63,153 bases of DNA, filler included, from Hyphochytrium catenoides (GCA_900088475.1; 9 parts of 9 records of this genome joined end to end with filler, not necessarily neighbours in it); one strand, 5' to 3'; positions 1 through 13,211 are shown, numbered from the whole stretch's first letter. Made by a program: numbers and translations. Notes: a model not told the origin generated them from the letters alone.

Positions 1-35
1 CCGTGCAACCTTATGGAATCAATACACCGGGGTCA

Positions 36-82
<47 letters not shown>

Positions 83-451
83 GCTGTCTTATAATAATCT
101 GAAGGAAGAACTGTCAGCTCTCTCCCTTTCTCGTGCTTCTGTTCCTGTCTTCGTCGCGTCGTTGCTTGTCCGCTTTTTAAGCGCGTATGTACTTTACTTT
201 CCATGGTCTCTCTCTCTGTTTCTCTCTCTCTCTCTTTGTCTCTCCTTTCTGTTCTCAGCCGCCAGTTTCTACAAATCAATTGCCCAGTACTGACGAAAGC
301 TTCTTCTCTCTCTCTCTCTCTTTGTTCTGCCTCTTCTTTCTCTGTTCTGCCTCTTCTTTCTCTACTCTCTCTCTCTCTCCCTCTCTCTCTCTCTCTCTCC
401 CCTTCACCTCCTCCTATCTACAACACAATACCTTTCTGACTACTTCTCTCT

Positions 452-491
<40 letters not shown>

Positions 492-1454
492 ATTCCTAAA
501 CAAAACCCCTAAAAGATCTTTGGCCTTCACATTCTCCATTGTTTTCTCTGTTTACGGCTCCAACGTCGCGACTTTGGGACACGAAGAAGCAGGAAAACTC
601 GCGTGGCTCGTCTCCGTGGCCGCGAACCTATTGACAGGCATCCTTCTCCTTATCTCTACGTTCTTCTCCAAGCAATTACAACGGTCTACGCCCGCTCTGG
701 CTCTCTTATCGTCCATCGCGGGTATCGGCGTGGCGTACTTAGTGATAAACTCTATTGTGGGCTCTATGACCCAGCCGATTGTCTGCATTGTCTCTCTCTT
801 CATCGTGATGATCGGATACTTTGGAGAAGTCCGCTGGGGACCCATCCCAACCGCGGTCTTTGCGCTCCTGGTTGGCACCATTATCGCCTGGGCGCAAGGG
901 TTAAATCAATGGTCCAACGTGACGGACAGCGCGGATCAGATCACCTTGAGATACCCCGTCTTTCCTCTCATGGATGTCATTGAAAACTTTGGAAAAGTCT
1001 CTCCATATATTGGCATTGTCGTCCCTGTCTCCGCCTCCATCTGCCTGGGAACTGTCACCTGTGTGGAGCTCTGTCATCAGGGCGGAGACTTCTTCTCTGT
1101 GCAGTGGTCAATGATTGGAGATGGCGTGGGAACCACGCTCACCGCGCTTTTTGGCTCGTTCTTGGGGATGACTGTCTATCCGAATCATCCAGGTTATCAG
1201 CTGATTGGAGGCCGCGTCGGGTTTAACTTGGGCAATGGCTTCTGCTTCTTTATCTTCTGTATATTTGGCTTGGCGGCGCCGTTCTTGGCGTTGATCGCGG
1301 TCAATGCGCTCTCTCCTGTCATTGCGTTTGTCGGTCTGATTATCTCCGCGGAGGCGCTGAATGTGGCCAAGCCAAGGCAATATCCAGTCTTCTTTATGGG
1401 CATTACCCCGACCATTGCGGAGTGGGGCATTGTAAGAGAAAAAAGACAGAGCTT

Positions 1455-1485
<31 letters not shown>

Positions 1486-1568
1486 ACTTGGGAGTCTCTC
1501 TTTCTGGTGGATGTTGGCTGGGCCTCTTTTTCTTACTTTTGTATTTGCTCTTAGTGGCTGGAGTCCTT

Positions 1569-1604
<36 letters not shown>

Positions 1605-1715
1605 CNNTCTCTTCTCTCCTACCTCCTTGTTCTTTTTCGGCTTTTACTTTCTTTACTTTGCTTGCTTGTCTATCTTTCTGTCTTCCCTTACCATGCACTC
1701 ATACTTTCTTTTTCC

Positions 1716-1754
<39 letters not shown>

Positions 1755-2415
1755 TTCTCCCCCACAGAGCACGATCGCGGATCCTCTCTACTCTGCAGTC
1801 GCCAACAATCGGAACCTTGCGACGGCGGAAGAGTTCCAAAAAGTCGTCAAAGCAATGCACGACGGAACGTTGGGCCTCCGCACCACGGGCTATGGACAAA
1901 TGCTGACCGGTTTACTCTGGGCCGCCATCATGTTTTATATTATCGAGCGGAACTTTCGCCGCGCCGCCGTGTGGACGCTGTCCAGCGGCGTTTTAGCGCT
2001 TTTTGGCCTGATTCACGGGTCAAAAGTTGGCTGGACGTGGCAGACGTCAGACGTGGGCTGGCATCTCTGTGTTGGCTATACAACTGTGGCCGCGATTCTT
2101 CTTCTCTGTGACCTCGGGCAACAGTTTGCGCCGAAGTATGTGAAGGCTCCACGAGGAGAGAACGATGATGATGAAGATGAAGAAGGCGATGAGCTCAAGA
2201 GAAGAGCTGCGATGATGAAGGATCAGCAGCAGCGTCAACGCGCGTCTTCTTCTCTCACATCGCTCAGTCTTCACAATCGCCAGGCTCGACATTCGGCGGC
2301 GAACGCGGCGGGAGAGAGAGAGAGACGCCCCGGCAGTATGAGTAGCACTCACGTTCTTAGCCCGCGCGTGGGCGGCGCGGCAGGGGAGGATTCTCCTGCT
2401 TATCACAAGGCATAG
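1..2415 (+). CDS. AzgA/NCS2-family (xanthine/uracil/vitamin C-type) permease, 5' truncated; exons <1-31, 516-1431, 1768-2415
   Basis: QPYGINTPG motif, then a GTCAGT donor at 32 and an acceptor at 515 that restores the frame (G-SLAFTF). Many TM segments, with STPALALLSSIAGIG, GDGVGT and TVYPNHPGYQLIGGRVG resembling bacterial AzgA-like permeases. Second intron 1432-1767 is phase 0. Confidence 0.8.
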
Positions 2416-2968
2416 AGAAAAGGAGAGAGAAAAGAAGGAAAAAGAGAGAGAGAGAGGAAAATGTGCTTTTGATACTAATTCTTTTGCTTTATAAATAAAA
2501 TAGAGAGGATTCGCATCCTTTTTCCCATCCATTGGAAGGGGAACAAGAGAAAGGCATAAAGGAAGATGTCCAGCCTTCATATTTATAAAGATTAGTCGTT
2601 TTCTCTCTCTCTCTCCTCCAGTTCTCTCTCTTCCTTTTCTTGATGTTTGTGATGAGATGCTCCTTTCCTTGCATCCTATGTCTATTATTAGCGGCGGTCC
2701 GGGGCGGAAGAGACAGAGTGACGAGCGACGTTCTTTACGCGCTTCTCTTTACTTTCTTTTCTTTCTTCTTCTTCTTCCTTTCTTTCCTCTTCTTTTTTCT
2801 TTGGGTTCGCTGGCCTATTGTTATCTTGAGAGGATAGAGGACGGGCTGCTATGGACGGAAGGGGCGCATCACGGTGAGGTCCAGTGTTAGAAACGACCTC
2901 AGGCAATTTTCCTTAGCTCTCTCTCTCTCCTCGCGTCATGGGTTGATCTCTCTCTTCCTCGCTCTACC

Positions 2969-3145
2969 TTGACTCTCTCTGTGGCCTCTCTTTCTCTCTC
3001 TTTCTCTCTCTCTGTCTCTCTCTCTTTCTCTCTCTCTCTCTTTCTCTCTCTGTCTCTCTCTCTTTCTCTCTCTCTCTTTCTTTCTCTCTATCTCTCTCTC
3101 TATCTATCTATATCTCTGTCTCTCTCTCTTTCTCTCTCTCGCTTC

Positions 3146-3194
<49 letters not shown>

Positions 3195-3217
3195 GTCTCT
3201 CTCTCTTTCTCTCTCTC
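2969..3217. repeat. (CT)n/(GA)n microsatellite tract, representative of dozens across the window
   Basis: Directly visible. Other long tracts lie at ~18345-18510, 23000-23260, 25310-25570, 42350-42700 and 53920-54115. Confidence 0.97.
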
Positions 3218-3573
3218 NNNNNNCCCTCACTTCCCTTCATTCTTCATAACAAACAAATCATCAACCATGGCCGTTAACGGCAAATACAAGAAAATCCCCC
3301 AATAAACGGACTGAAATCGTAACATCACTCTAAAAAGCAAATCTGGCTTCTTGAGATTATCGCCTTACAACGTATATCAGTTATTGTATCCGTTGATCTG
3401 CTCTTAGATATAGCCAAGCAGCAACACCACAGCTGAGAGATTTTCTGCTGCAATTTTAGAGATTTCACGGATTCTGATTGCCATTTCTGGAGCTTTTCGG
3501 TCGCTAAAAACAGGAGAAGGACTGGACTTCAGCCTCATTTAGTCTATAAGATCCGCTCAACCGACTGAGAAGA

Positions 3574-4232
3574 ATGGAGGATAAAGGGAAAATAATGCTT
3601 TCTGCAGGCTGCGGCCTGCTGGTAGGTGTGAGCATCGCGCAATTGCTCCTGAGGACAGCGGGAAAGTCTGGAAATCCTCGGTACAGCTTCTGACTCTGTT
3701 CGGCTAAAAGCAGCGTCTCCGCTTCATTCTGTTGTCAGCTATACCATTAAGGCAGTTCTACTCTCGTTATGGCAGATCATACCGCTCACTCTTGCTCTTG
3801 CTCTCCCTCTCTGTGTCGTTCTGTCTCGTTCACCCTCTCTCTTTCTCTCGTACTTGTTTTCTCTCTCTTTCCCTTTGTCTTTCTCTGTGTCTCTCTCTCT
3901 TCTCTTCTTTGCTATATCTCTCTCACGCCTTTGCTCTGTCTGGCTAACTCTTTCTTCTCTCTCTCTTCTCCCTGCTGCACCTTCTTTAGTGAAGAAGATA
4001 AAATTTACGAAGACGCGGACTGGCCTCCTCGCTCACGAGAGAAAGTCCAGCGACTTCCCTTAGAAGCCTTTCCTCCTCTTCAAAATGACCTTCTTCTCAG
4101 AGCCACGCGGGGAGAGAAGACAGAGCGAGTGCCTGTCTGGTGCATGCGACAGGCAGGGAGACACTTGGAAGAGTTTAGGGCCCTGAGAGCTGATAACATG
4201 TTCTTCAAGGTTATCTGTTTTCTCTCTCTCTT

Positions 4233-4281
<49 letters not shown>

Positions 4282-4707
4282 TCTTGGATTGTCACTGTTG
4301 TTCTCTCTGTTTCTTCTTTGTTTCTCTCTTGGGATCCCACGCTCTGTCTCCCTCTATCTGTCTCTCACCTTCCTCTCCAATTCTTTCCCCTGCTACTAAT
4401 CTCTCTCTCCCCTCTTGGGTTGTCCCTGTTGTCCTCTCTGTTTCTTCTTTGTTTCTCTCTTGGGATCCCACGCTCTGTCTCCCTCTATATGTCTCTCACT
4501 TTCTTTCCTCTGCTACTATCTCCCTCTCTTCTCTACACTCTTTACGTTCTTCCTCGCTCTCTTTCCCCCTTCTCTCTCTTTTTTTCAATTCAAGAGAGGC
4601 ACACAATCTTTCATACTCTTTCCTTCTCTTTCCCATGGACGTATAGTTTTCGACGTCCTCTTTTTTCTCCCTTCCTGTAGAAGAAATACCTAGTGTTAAA
4701 CCCCAAA

Positions 4708-4739
<32 letters not shown>

Positions 4740-7294
4740 ACTTCCTCTTTCTTACTCTACTGATCTCTCCCTCCTTGGCATTGCTTTTGTCTAACTTCTC
4801 TTCTCTCTCCTTCTATCTCTCTATGCTCTCCCTCTCGGTTCCCTCCGCTCTCCCTCTCTTGTGCGCACCTGCCTGTTATCTCTCTCTCTTTCTTTCTCTC
4901 TCCTCAGGTGTGCCAGACTCCCAGTCTCGCTGCGGAAGTGACTCTGCAGCCTCTGAGGCGGTACCGCGGAGCTCTGGATGCGTGCATTATCTTCTCTGAC
5001 ATTCTCGTCATACCACAGGTAGAGAGAGCGAGAGAAGAGAGAGAGAGAGAGTAAAATGAAGAAAGGAGAGAAATGGAAATTGAGAGCTCAGGGAAAGGGA
5101 AGAGAGCAGTCTCGTTGCTCTGAAGAGAGAGGTTGAGAGAGATTGAATGGGAAGAGACAGAGTACGAGAGAAAGAGAGAAGGCATGATGAAAGAGACAGA
5201 GAGGTTGATGAGGGAAGATGGACAGAGTCACTCACGGAGGGCGACGTTGTTGGAGGGAGAGAGAGAGAGAGAGAAAGAGCTGCATGTATGTGCTCTTTTA
5301 GCAGCCTTTCTCCATTCTTCACCCGCACTTAGCGATAGGCAAATGGGTTGTCTTCATCTTTCTCTTCTTTCACAGATACCTGTTTGCTATTGCTCTCTCA
5401 CTCTCCTCTCTCTTTGACAATTGCTGACAATTAGGCGATGGGCATGAAGATCCAGATGATTCCCAAGCGCGGCCCTGTCTTTGACGAGGTGACTCTCTCT
5501 CCCTCTTTCCCTCTCTCTCTCTCTCTCGCTCTGTTCTTTGACCCTACCACGCACGAGATCTTCCCAGCCCACATGTGGGAAGTAGAGTGGATCATTCTTT
5601 GCTCAGCGCGCGCGCTCGCTCGCTCTTTCTTTCTTTCTCTGTCGGCCATCTCGCTCTACCACTTTGTGCCGTATCTCTCCGCACTAACGCTCTCTCATCC
5701 TGTGCCCTTGCTCTTCTCACGCGCGCTCACTTGCCTCTGCTACTCTTCTACTTACTCTTTCCTTTCTTTTCTCTCTCCCTCTCTCTCTTCGATACTTTTC
5801 TCTCTCTCTCACTCACTCTCTCTGCGGCTACCCTCCTTCCCCTCTTTCTTCTCCGCCTCTTTATTACCTCTTTCTCTCTTCGTTTTCAAATCTTTCTCGG
5901 CTCTCTCTTTCTCCCCTGAATTTTTTTCGCGCTCTCACATTTCTCTCTCTCATTCTCTATTCTTCATCTCGTTTTCTTCTCTTTTTCTCTCTCTCTCCCC
6001 ACCACCCGGGACGTGGCGGGCCAGCCTCTCTCCACTCCCGCGGATCTCTCTCGTTTATCTCTCTCTCCTGACATTGAAGAAACCCTAGGTTATGTACTGG
6101 ACGCGATCAATCTGACTCGCGCGCGTATCGCGGGGGAGGTTCCTCTGATTGGATTCTGTGGCGCGCCTTTCACTCTGATGACCTACATGGTCGAGGGAGG
6201 GAGCAGCAGCACCAAGAGCAAGGTCAAGCAGTGGCTCTACAAGGTGAGAGAGAGAGAGTCAAGGGAAGAGGGAAAGACAAAGGAGGTAGTGAGCGCGAGA
6301 GAGAGAGAATGAGGGAGAGACAACGAAAACGAGGGTGGGAGAGAAGAGAGGGCGGGGAAGGTGGGTGAAAGAGGAAGAGAAATAAAATGCGACGTCAAAA
6401 GAGGAGAAGAGAGAGGGAAAACAGAGAGCTTAAGAAAAGAGGGAAACACACGGAGAAAGGACGGGAAGCATGAGACACCCAGAGAGATAATCTCTCCGCT
6501 AGCTCTTCTCCTTACCTCTCTTCTTGCTGGAACACTGTTCTCTTTCTCTCTATTTCTTTTTCCCTCTTTCTCTCTCCTTTCTTTCTTCTTTGTCGGTGTC
6601 TCTTGCCGACAGTCGCGTTAGAAGGTCATAACCCTAACTCAACCTGTGTCCCTCTCTCTCTCTCTCTCTCCTTTACTTTCACTTTTTCTTGTTTCTCTCT
6701 CTCTTCCGCTATGCCGCTTCCCTACCTCTCTCCCTCTCGATTCCGCTTACTAATTGCTTGCCCTGCCCTCTCTCTTTTCGTTTCTCATTTTGCCTTCTTT
6801 CTATCATTTCTCAATCGTCCCTCTCTCTCCCATCGACACTCTTACTCTTCTCTGTGCATTTCTCTCGTTGGTCCCTCTCTTTCCTTCCCATCACTTCGTT
6901 TCTCTCTCTCTCTCTTCTTCACTCTCTCTTTTCTCTCTCTCCCTCAGTACCCGTCTGCGTCTCACTCTCTCCTGTCGGCTCTGACCTCTGTCGCAATTGA
7001 GTTCTTAGCGGCTCAGGCTCGGGCGGGGGCGCAGCTCCTCCAAGTCTTTGAGTCCGTCGGGGCCGCGGAACTTTCGCAAGAACATTTCAACACTTTCTGT
7101 CTCCCCTACCTCCAGCAGGTGAGAGGGAAAGAGAACGAGAGAGAGAGAAAAAGGGCGGCATAACACATTGAAGAGGGGGAAGAGAGAGAGAGAGAGAACA
7201 CGACCCAAAAAATCTGTTCCTTCCGTCCTCTCTTTGGGCTCATATTCTCCGACCCTTCTGTCTCTGGTTCTGTACTTGGTGCCCAATACTCTTT

Positions 7295-7326
<32 letters not shown>

Positions 7327-8571
7327 CCCCTAACCCTCTCTCTTCCTGTCTGGCCTCAGATCGCTGAGCGTTTGAAGGAGCTGGTCCCAGATGTTCCCCT
7401 GGTCTGCTTCTCTAAAGACACGCCTCACGCTCTCCCGGCGCTGGGAAAGAGTGCCTATGATGTTATTGGATTAGACTGGAAAGTGGATCCCAAGGAAGCG
7501 AGGTCCTCTCTCTCTCTCTCTCTCTCTCTCCCTTCCTTCTCTCCTACACACACGCACTCGGGAGTCTGTGTCTATGTGTCTTCAAGTCCTTCATACACCG
7601 GTTATTCTCTCTGCCCGTTATTCTCTCTGCCTTTCCGCTATATCATTCCTTCAATTTAGTCTTTCTTTGTAAGCGCTCTCCCTTTTGCCTTATATGTATA
7701 TGTCTCTCTCGGCACTCATTTACTTCCCCTGTTTCCTCATGGATATGACGCACTTTCGCCGGCCTGCTGAAGTTTATCTTCTTGTCCTCTGTCTCTGTCT
7801 CCCTATTCGCATGTTCTTGCTATTCGCCTCTTTCCCAACCCCGCGTCATATTTCCTTCTCCTCTGTCGACAGCTTAGCGTACCTAGGGTCATGTATTGTT
7901 CCTTCGTTCCATTGAGCCTCTCTCTTCCCTTTTGTCTTTGTCTTTCCCCTGTGTCTCTCTCTCTCGCTCTTCTTCTCTTAGACGGCTGGTGGGTCCCAAT
8001 AAGACTCTGCAAGGAAACATGGACCCGATCGCACTCTTTGCTGATCCACCGGTTATAAGGGAGGAGGTAAGAGAGAGAGCTGAAAAGAATGCAAAGGAGA
8101 GAGTGAAAAAAGGAAAAGTTACTTCTTCTCTCCTCTTTCGCCCTCTTCTTACCCTCTTCCTCCCTTTTGTGAATTTGAGCCTCTCTCTCTCTCTCCACAC
8201 TCCCTCTCTTGTCTCTAGCTTTGTCCGTTTAAGGTCTAGGCCACACATGTGAATCACTTCTTCCTCTCTCTCCCGCTCTCGCTACCTATTCCCTCCGTCT
8301 CTCCTCCCTATACCGACTAACTCTCAATTCCTTTCTCTCACTCTCTGTCTCACTTCTTCGGTCTCTCTCATACCTCTCTCTCTCTCCCTCTCCCCTCTCT
8401 CTCTTTTCCCTTCTTCTCTCTCTGCAGGTGGCGAAGATGGTCCATTCCTTTGGGACGCAGCGCTATATCGCCAACCTAGGTCATGGGATCAGCCCAGACC
8501 ACCTCCCGGAGCACGTCAGAGCCTTTATGGAGGCGGTCCACTCTGTCTCGGAGGCGGCCAACAGGGACTAG
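3574..8571 (+). CDS. UROD: Uroporphyrinogen decarboxylase, eukaryotic host type, with N-terminal hydrophobic extension; exons 3574-3680, 3990-4209, 4908-5018, 5435-5488, 6025-6243, 6948-7118, 7360-7502, 7982-8066, 8428-8571
   Basis: Spliced product contains [88 protein letters not shown] and YIANLGHGI. All 8 introns are GT-AG and phase-compatible. Exon 1 is the least certain. Confidence 0.95.
4284..4500. repeat. ~85-bp direct duplication (period ~131 bp) in UROD intron 2
   Basis: TTGG(A/G)TTGTC(A/C)CTGTTGT...TCTTGGGATCCCACGCTCTGTCTCCCTCTAT.TGTCTCTCAC occurs at ~4284 and ~4415. Confidence 0.85.
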
Positions 8572-11061
8572 GAGGAGGACTGAAGTGACGAAAGAGAGAG
8601 AGAAGTGAGAAGGTAAAGGATAGGCTTTGCAGAAAATGCGCATACGGAGAGCGAGGGAGCCGAGACACAGAGAAATGAGGAGGAAGAGAGAGGGAAGAAG
8701 AGAGAGGGAAGAAGAGAGAGAGAGGAAGGGAGAGAGAAAGAGAGAGAGAGAGAGCACAGAAAGATGAGTAACTGATCAAGGGATGGGCTGTAGAAGGTTT
8801 AGAACGGACAAGGGAAGAACAAGGAGGAAGGGAGTAAGAATGACAGAGAAAAAGAGGTGAGGAGTCAGAAGGCTGCAGGAGAAAGCTATGAGAGAGAAAT
8901 GGCGAGAGACTTTGTTCCTTGTGCACCACTGCCTCCGTCTTTTTCTCTCTTCTCTCTCTCTATGTCGCTGTTTCGTCTCTCTCTCCCTCTCTCTCTCTCT
9001 CTCTTACTAATGGGTCTGCATCTCGCTTCTTTTCATCTTACTTGGCAGGTTCAGGTCTCCTTGTCCGTTCTTGAGGCGGAGAACAGAAGACTCAACAGAC
9101 CGCCGACTAGACAGAAAGAAGCAGACGACAGAGAAAAGAGCAAATAATATGGAAGCAGAGAGAGGAGAGAGAGAGAGAGAAAGAAAGAAGAAGAAGGGAG
9201 TAGGTTTGCTCCTCGTCTGAGGCAGCGTCCCAGTTTCTTGGCAAGCACTTTTTGGCTGGGAAGTTTTCTGCTCTTATTTGGCTGGCCCTACTACTTTTGC
9301 TCACATCAAATAAAATCAATATAACACACTGAGCGAGCTCTCTTCCTCTCTCTCTCTCTCTCTGACCGATCTTCTCTCTTTTTCTCTTAGCCGTTCTCTC
9401 CCTCTGCTACCCTTTACTTTCTCTCTCTCACTCAGCGTTACACGTTTCTTGCTCAGGATAGAAGATTTCGTTTGTCATTTCTTCTCTCTGTCTCCTCATC
9501 GCACTTTTGTTCTCTCTCCTCTCTCTGTGTCAAGGTCCGCCCAACGCCATTTTCTCTCTTCCTCGTCTGACCCTACAAGCGTCTATGTCCTAAGAGATTT
9601 AGCGGAAGACGGGATCCTCAAGCTGAATAGACCATTCTCTCTCTAGACATTTAACCTCTCTAGCCTGCACAACACGTAGGTTTCTCTCTTTCTCTTCTAT
9701 CCTACAATCTCTCTCTCTCTTCCCTCTCTCCCATTCTCAACCTCTCTGTCCCCCTTTCTCTCTCGCTGTCTTTTGGTCCTGGAGTGGGTGTGGATGATCG
9801 CCTTTCTTTCTCTCCTACTTCTTGTTGCCCTTCTCAGCATAGAGGACTCGAAAGAGCCATCAGAAAGCGCTGCAACCAAGAGAGAGAATGTCCCTCCTCC
9901 CTATTACATAAGATATCTGAGGAAGATGTTGGTGGAAGCAAGAGAGAGAGCAAATAGAGTGGCGCCGGGAACTGAATTCGGAGGAAACAGAGACCAACTC
10001 CAGTAGTGTCGGCCGCTGAGCCTTGCAAGGCCCTCCTGCTGTGAGCACTAGAGACCAAGTTCTTGTCCTCCAAGATGGATGCTGGGAGAGAGAGACCAGA
10101 GAAGAGAGAGAGAGAAGGGAAGGGCAAAATAATAATAAGAAGGTGTGGCACTGGATAGGGTTATTTATTTTGATAGGAGTTTGATGATGAGAAGAGAGAT
10201 GGAAAACAGAAAAAGCCAACGAAAGGAGGAGATGGTTGACATAGAAATGTGGGGAGAGAAGGACTATGCCGAGGAGAAGAGAACACCAAGAAGTGAGAAG
10301 GAAGAGAAGATGCGACAAGTATTGAAAAAGAGAACAAAAGAAAGAAAAAGAACAAACAGCGCCTTAGCAGCTAAGAAGGAGAAGAATGGCTCTGGTCCTG
10401 AGAGAGAGGGGACAGGCTAGAGGAAAATAACTGAGAGAGGGGAGAAGAGAATACACCGGTAGAATGGACACGACAGTGAGAGAAGCGTGAACAGCAGTAG
10501 TGGGAGAGTAAGTCTGAACGATGTGTCCTAACGAAGTTTTGAGTTTAGCACTTCACACATCGTTGAGTGGCCAGATAACAGCGTTCTGGGCGGGGCGGTG
10601 TGAGTCAGGTGAGCAGCTAATAACGTCTTATCGCAGAGCAAACTCAAGCCTCTGAGAGAGTGAGTGAGGGCTACACAGCATAAAATGATAGAATAGTAAG
10701 CGCACTACGTGTATTGCGAAGAGATAGAAGCGACGGCAGTGGCCCTGATAACAACATTAATCACTCATCACCATCGTTGCTGCGGACGGCAGCTTCTCCG
10801 CCACCACTCTCTCTCTTTCCGGTCAGTCCGCAACTTTGGCAGCCACAGCGCCACAACAGCATTGCTAGAAAGGAACTGTGCTGGGCTTCGAAAGGAAGGC
10901 GATCACAATGCTTATCATCGATTCCAACTAGTGCTAGTATTGGCTGCGGCACACGACCCAGCAGTACCGCTCCATCCCTCGGCAACAACACTCTGCACCT
11001 TTCATCCACCAGCTGGCAGCAGGCAAACAAGCAACACTAGTAGTCATCGATAGCCATCGGA

Positions 11062-13211
11062 ATGGCAAATCGTCGTTCTATGTCAAGTAGTAGTTATTTA
11101 GACGACGAAGGATATGGGCAGCGACGAGAGGAAGTGGAGCGAGAGAGCAGGATTGATGAAGATGACGCCGTGCTGGGACAAGCTGCGTATGGGAATGACA
11201 TGATCAGACGGACAGGAAAGAGGAGCAGGACCTCGACGGCGAGGAACTAGATGGGGGGCGATGAAACGAAGAAGAGAATAGTCAAGAAGAGAGCGCCACT
11301 GAAGAAACTGAAGGGCAAGAAAGCGCTGACGAAGAAGCTGCTGGAGAAGGGAGCAGTGCCGAAGAAAGCGCTGACGAAGAATAACGACACCGCTAGAGGT
11401 GAACAACAGAACAGCAATCCCGGCATTGGTCATAGGGAGAGCGAGGAGGTGAGCAAGACATCGTAAGAACTCCGGAGAGCTATAAGGAACTACCTCAACT
11501 TGACAGCTGCTCCTTGTAAAGCTATTTTGTTGCCTTTAGGCTCCAGCCCTGCCGCCCTGGCGGGCTTTGAGGGGGAACGAGGTGAGTATGTACAAGCCTG
11601 AAGCCCCCCCCCAAAGACTTCACTGCCTTCTGGCAGAACTGGAACTGCGGGTGCCCGCATCGCCACATTTTCCTCAAGTCCTATAGCTTGGAAATACCCT
11701 CAGTCAACAACGTTATCGCTCGAGGAGTCCTTCAAGGCATGACGCTTACATCTGGTAACACCAGGCTCAGCAATGGACCAGTTTACCCCCAATATCGATG
11801 AACCGACAGTCCTATTGAAGGCGGCTTAGAGGTCGCCTGGGTTGAGCTTTCTGAACCTCCTCGAGGCCACTACAAACTGGCGTCTTGGGAGGGGATTCCC
11901 AAGCCATTGCGGCTTATCTGTGACAAAGAGGGGAACCGTAGCTTTGAAGGAAGACGGTACAGGGTGCATTTCGGTTTTTCCGCATCAAGGTGAACCCTTC
12001 ATGTTGCCACGACTCCATATCAATCCCAGCCGGCGGCTAATATACTACTACTCAGGAACTGGAACAACCGTCGTCCCCTGGTCAGCAATGCATACAGTTG
12101 GGACCGCCAGCTACGTCACTCGTGACCCAGATGCGGGTGACGAAGACTCTCTCCGAGGAATAGACCCCACCAAGGGCCCAGGGCTTCTACGCTTCCACAT
12201 GGAATAGTTTTGAGGGACGGTGAGCTGTCCTCTTTTTGCCTTGATGCCCTTGATTAGGTTCTCAAAAGTAACTCTTTTTCAATTAAATTACTCTGGACGA
12301 GTTCGACGCTAAAGACTCCCACCGTTTGCCCGACAATTGGGTATGTGTTCGCTTGACAAACGTAAAGTCTGCTTCCTGAAAGCACAGGGCAGCTGTTGTG
12401 GCTCTCTGTCAGAAGAAGGCGGAAGTGGAGGTGGAGATGGAAGTGCCTCAACGTGTGAGGGGCTGGTGTGAAATTGACGATATATTTACAAGTGCCGGTA
12501 GGATAACCTGTCACCGTCATCCTGCGTGTCCTCTCGACGCCCTCCATACCACTTCTATTGCCGAGTGCAGGACAAGATTAAGTCCGAAAAGAACGATTAA
12601 GCGCCAACCTGGTGGAAAAAAAAGCGAAGCCGAAGAAGAAAGGATTGATCCGCGAACTACTAAATGCTCAAAATTACTTAGCTCGGCTGGAGCCGAGTTT
12701 TAGCCTCGTCAGCATTTCCATGTCTTCCGGTAGACACAGCGGCTAACGGACACATAATACACGGCAAACAGTTCATTTTCGGAGGCAGTGATGGAAGCGG
12801 GATGCTCGCAAGTAATCAGGCCTGCCTCCAAATGTTGCGCATGTCCGCACAATATTGGCTTTGATAGAAAGCCTCAAGGCGAACCTGTGTCGCTCTTTCA
12901 CTACCCCCGAGCTTAAGACCCTGGGCATGGCAGAGCTGCAGGTATTGCAGCAGCTTTTGTTTCGGGGAAAACGTCTCCCTAAAAACGCGGAGCAGTGCAT
13001 ACAGGATATCTTGTCAACACAACCCGGCCACGATAGAGGTAAGGAGTTTGTTTTTTCACCATATGGAATACTTAGGTACTAATGGAGACGGGCCAACCTT
13101 CACCATGCAGGCGTCTCAACTCTTATTAGATGTTGACTTGGGGTACTTGGGAAATTGGAAAGTGAGACTAAATGAAGTGGGGGCCGGACCAGAGGAGGCG
13201 GCCTTCCCGGC
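11062..13211 (+). pseudogene. Fragmented coding-like region, probably transposon-associated
   Basis: Microsatellite-free sequence with successive short ORFs in shifting frames: Lys-rich KKALTKK repeats, a Cys/His patch (WCEIDD..CHRHPAC) and a helical segment (ELKTLGMAELQVLQQLL). It converges on the transposon ORF. No family recognised. Confidence 0.4.

Noticed and set aside
9773-10006. Small ORF with a hydrophobic N-terminus (MIAFLSLLLLVALLS...)
   Set aside because: The hydrophobic part derives from CT-rich sequence. I found no recognisable motif or consistent splice model.
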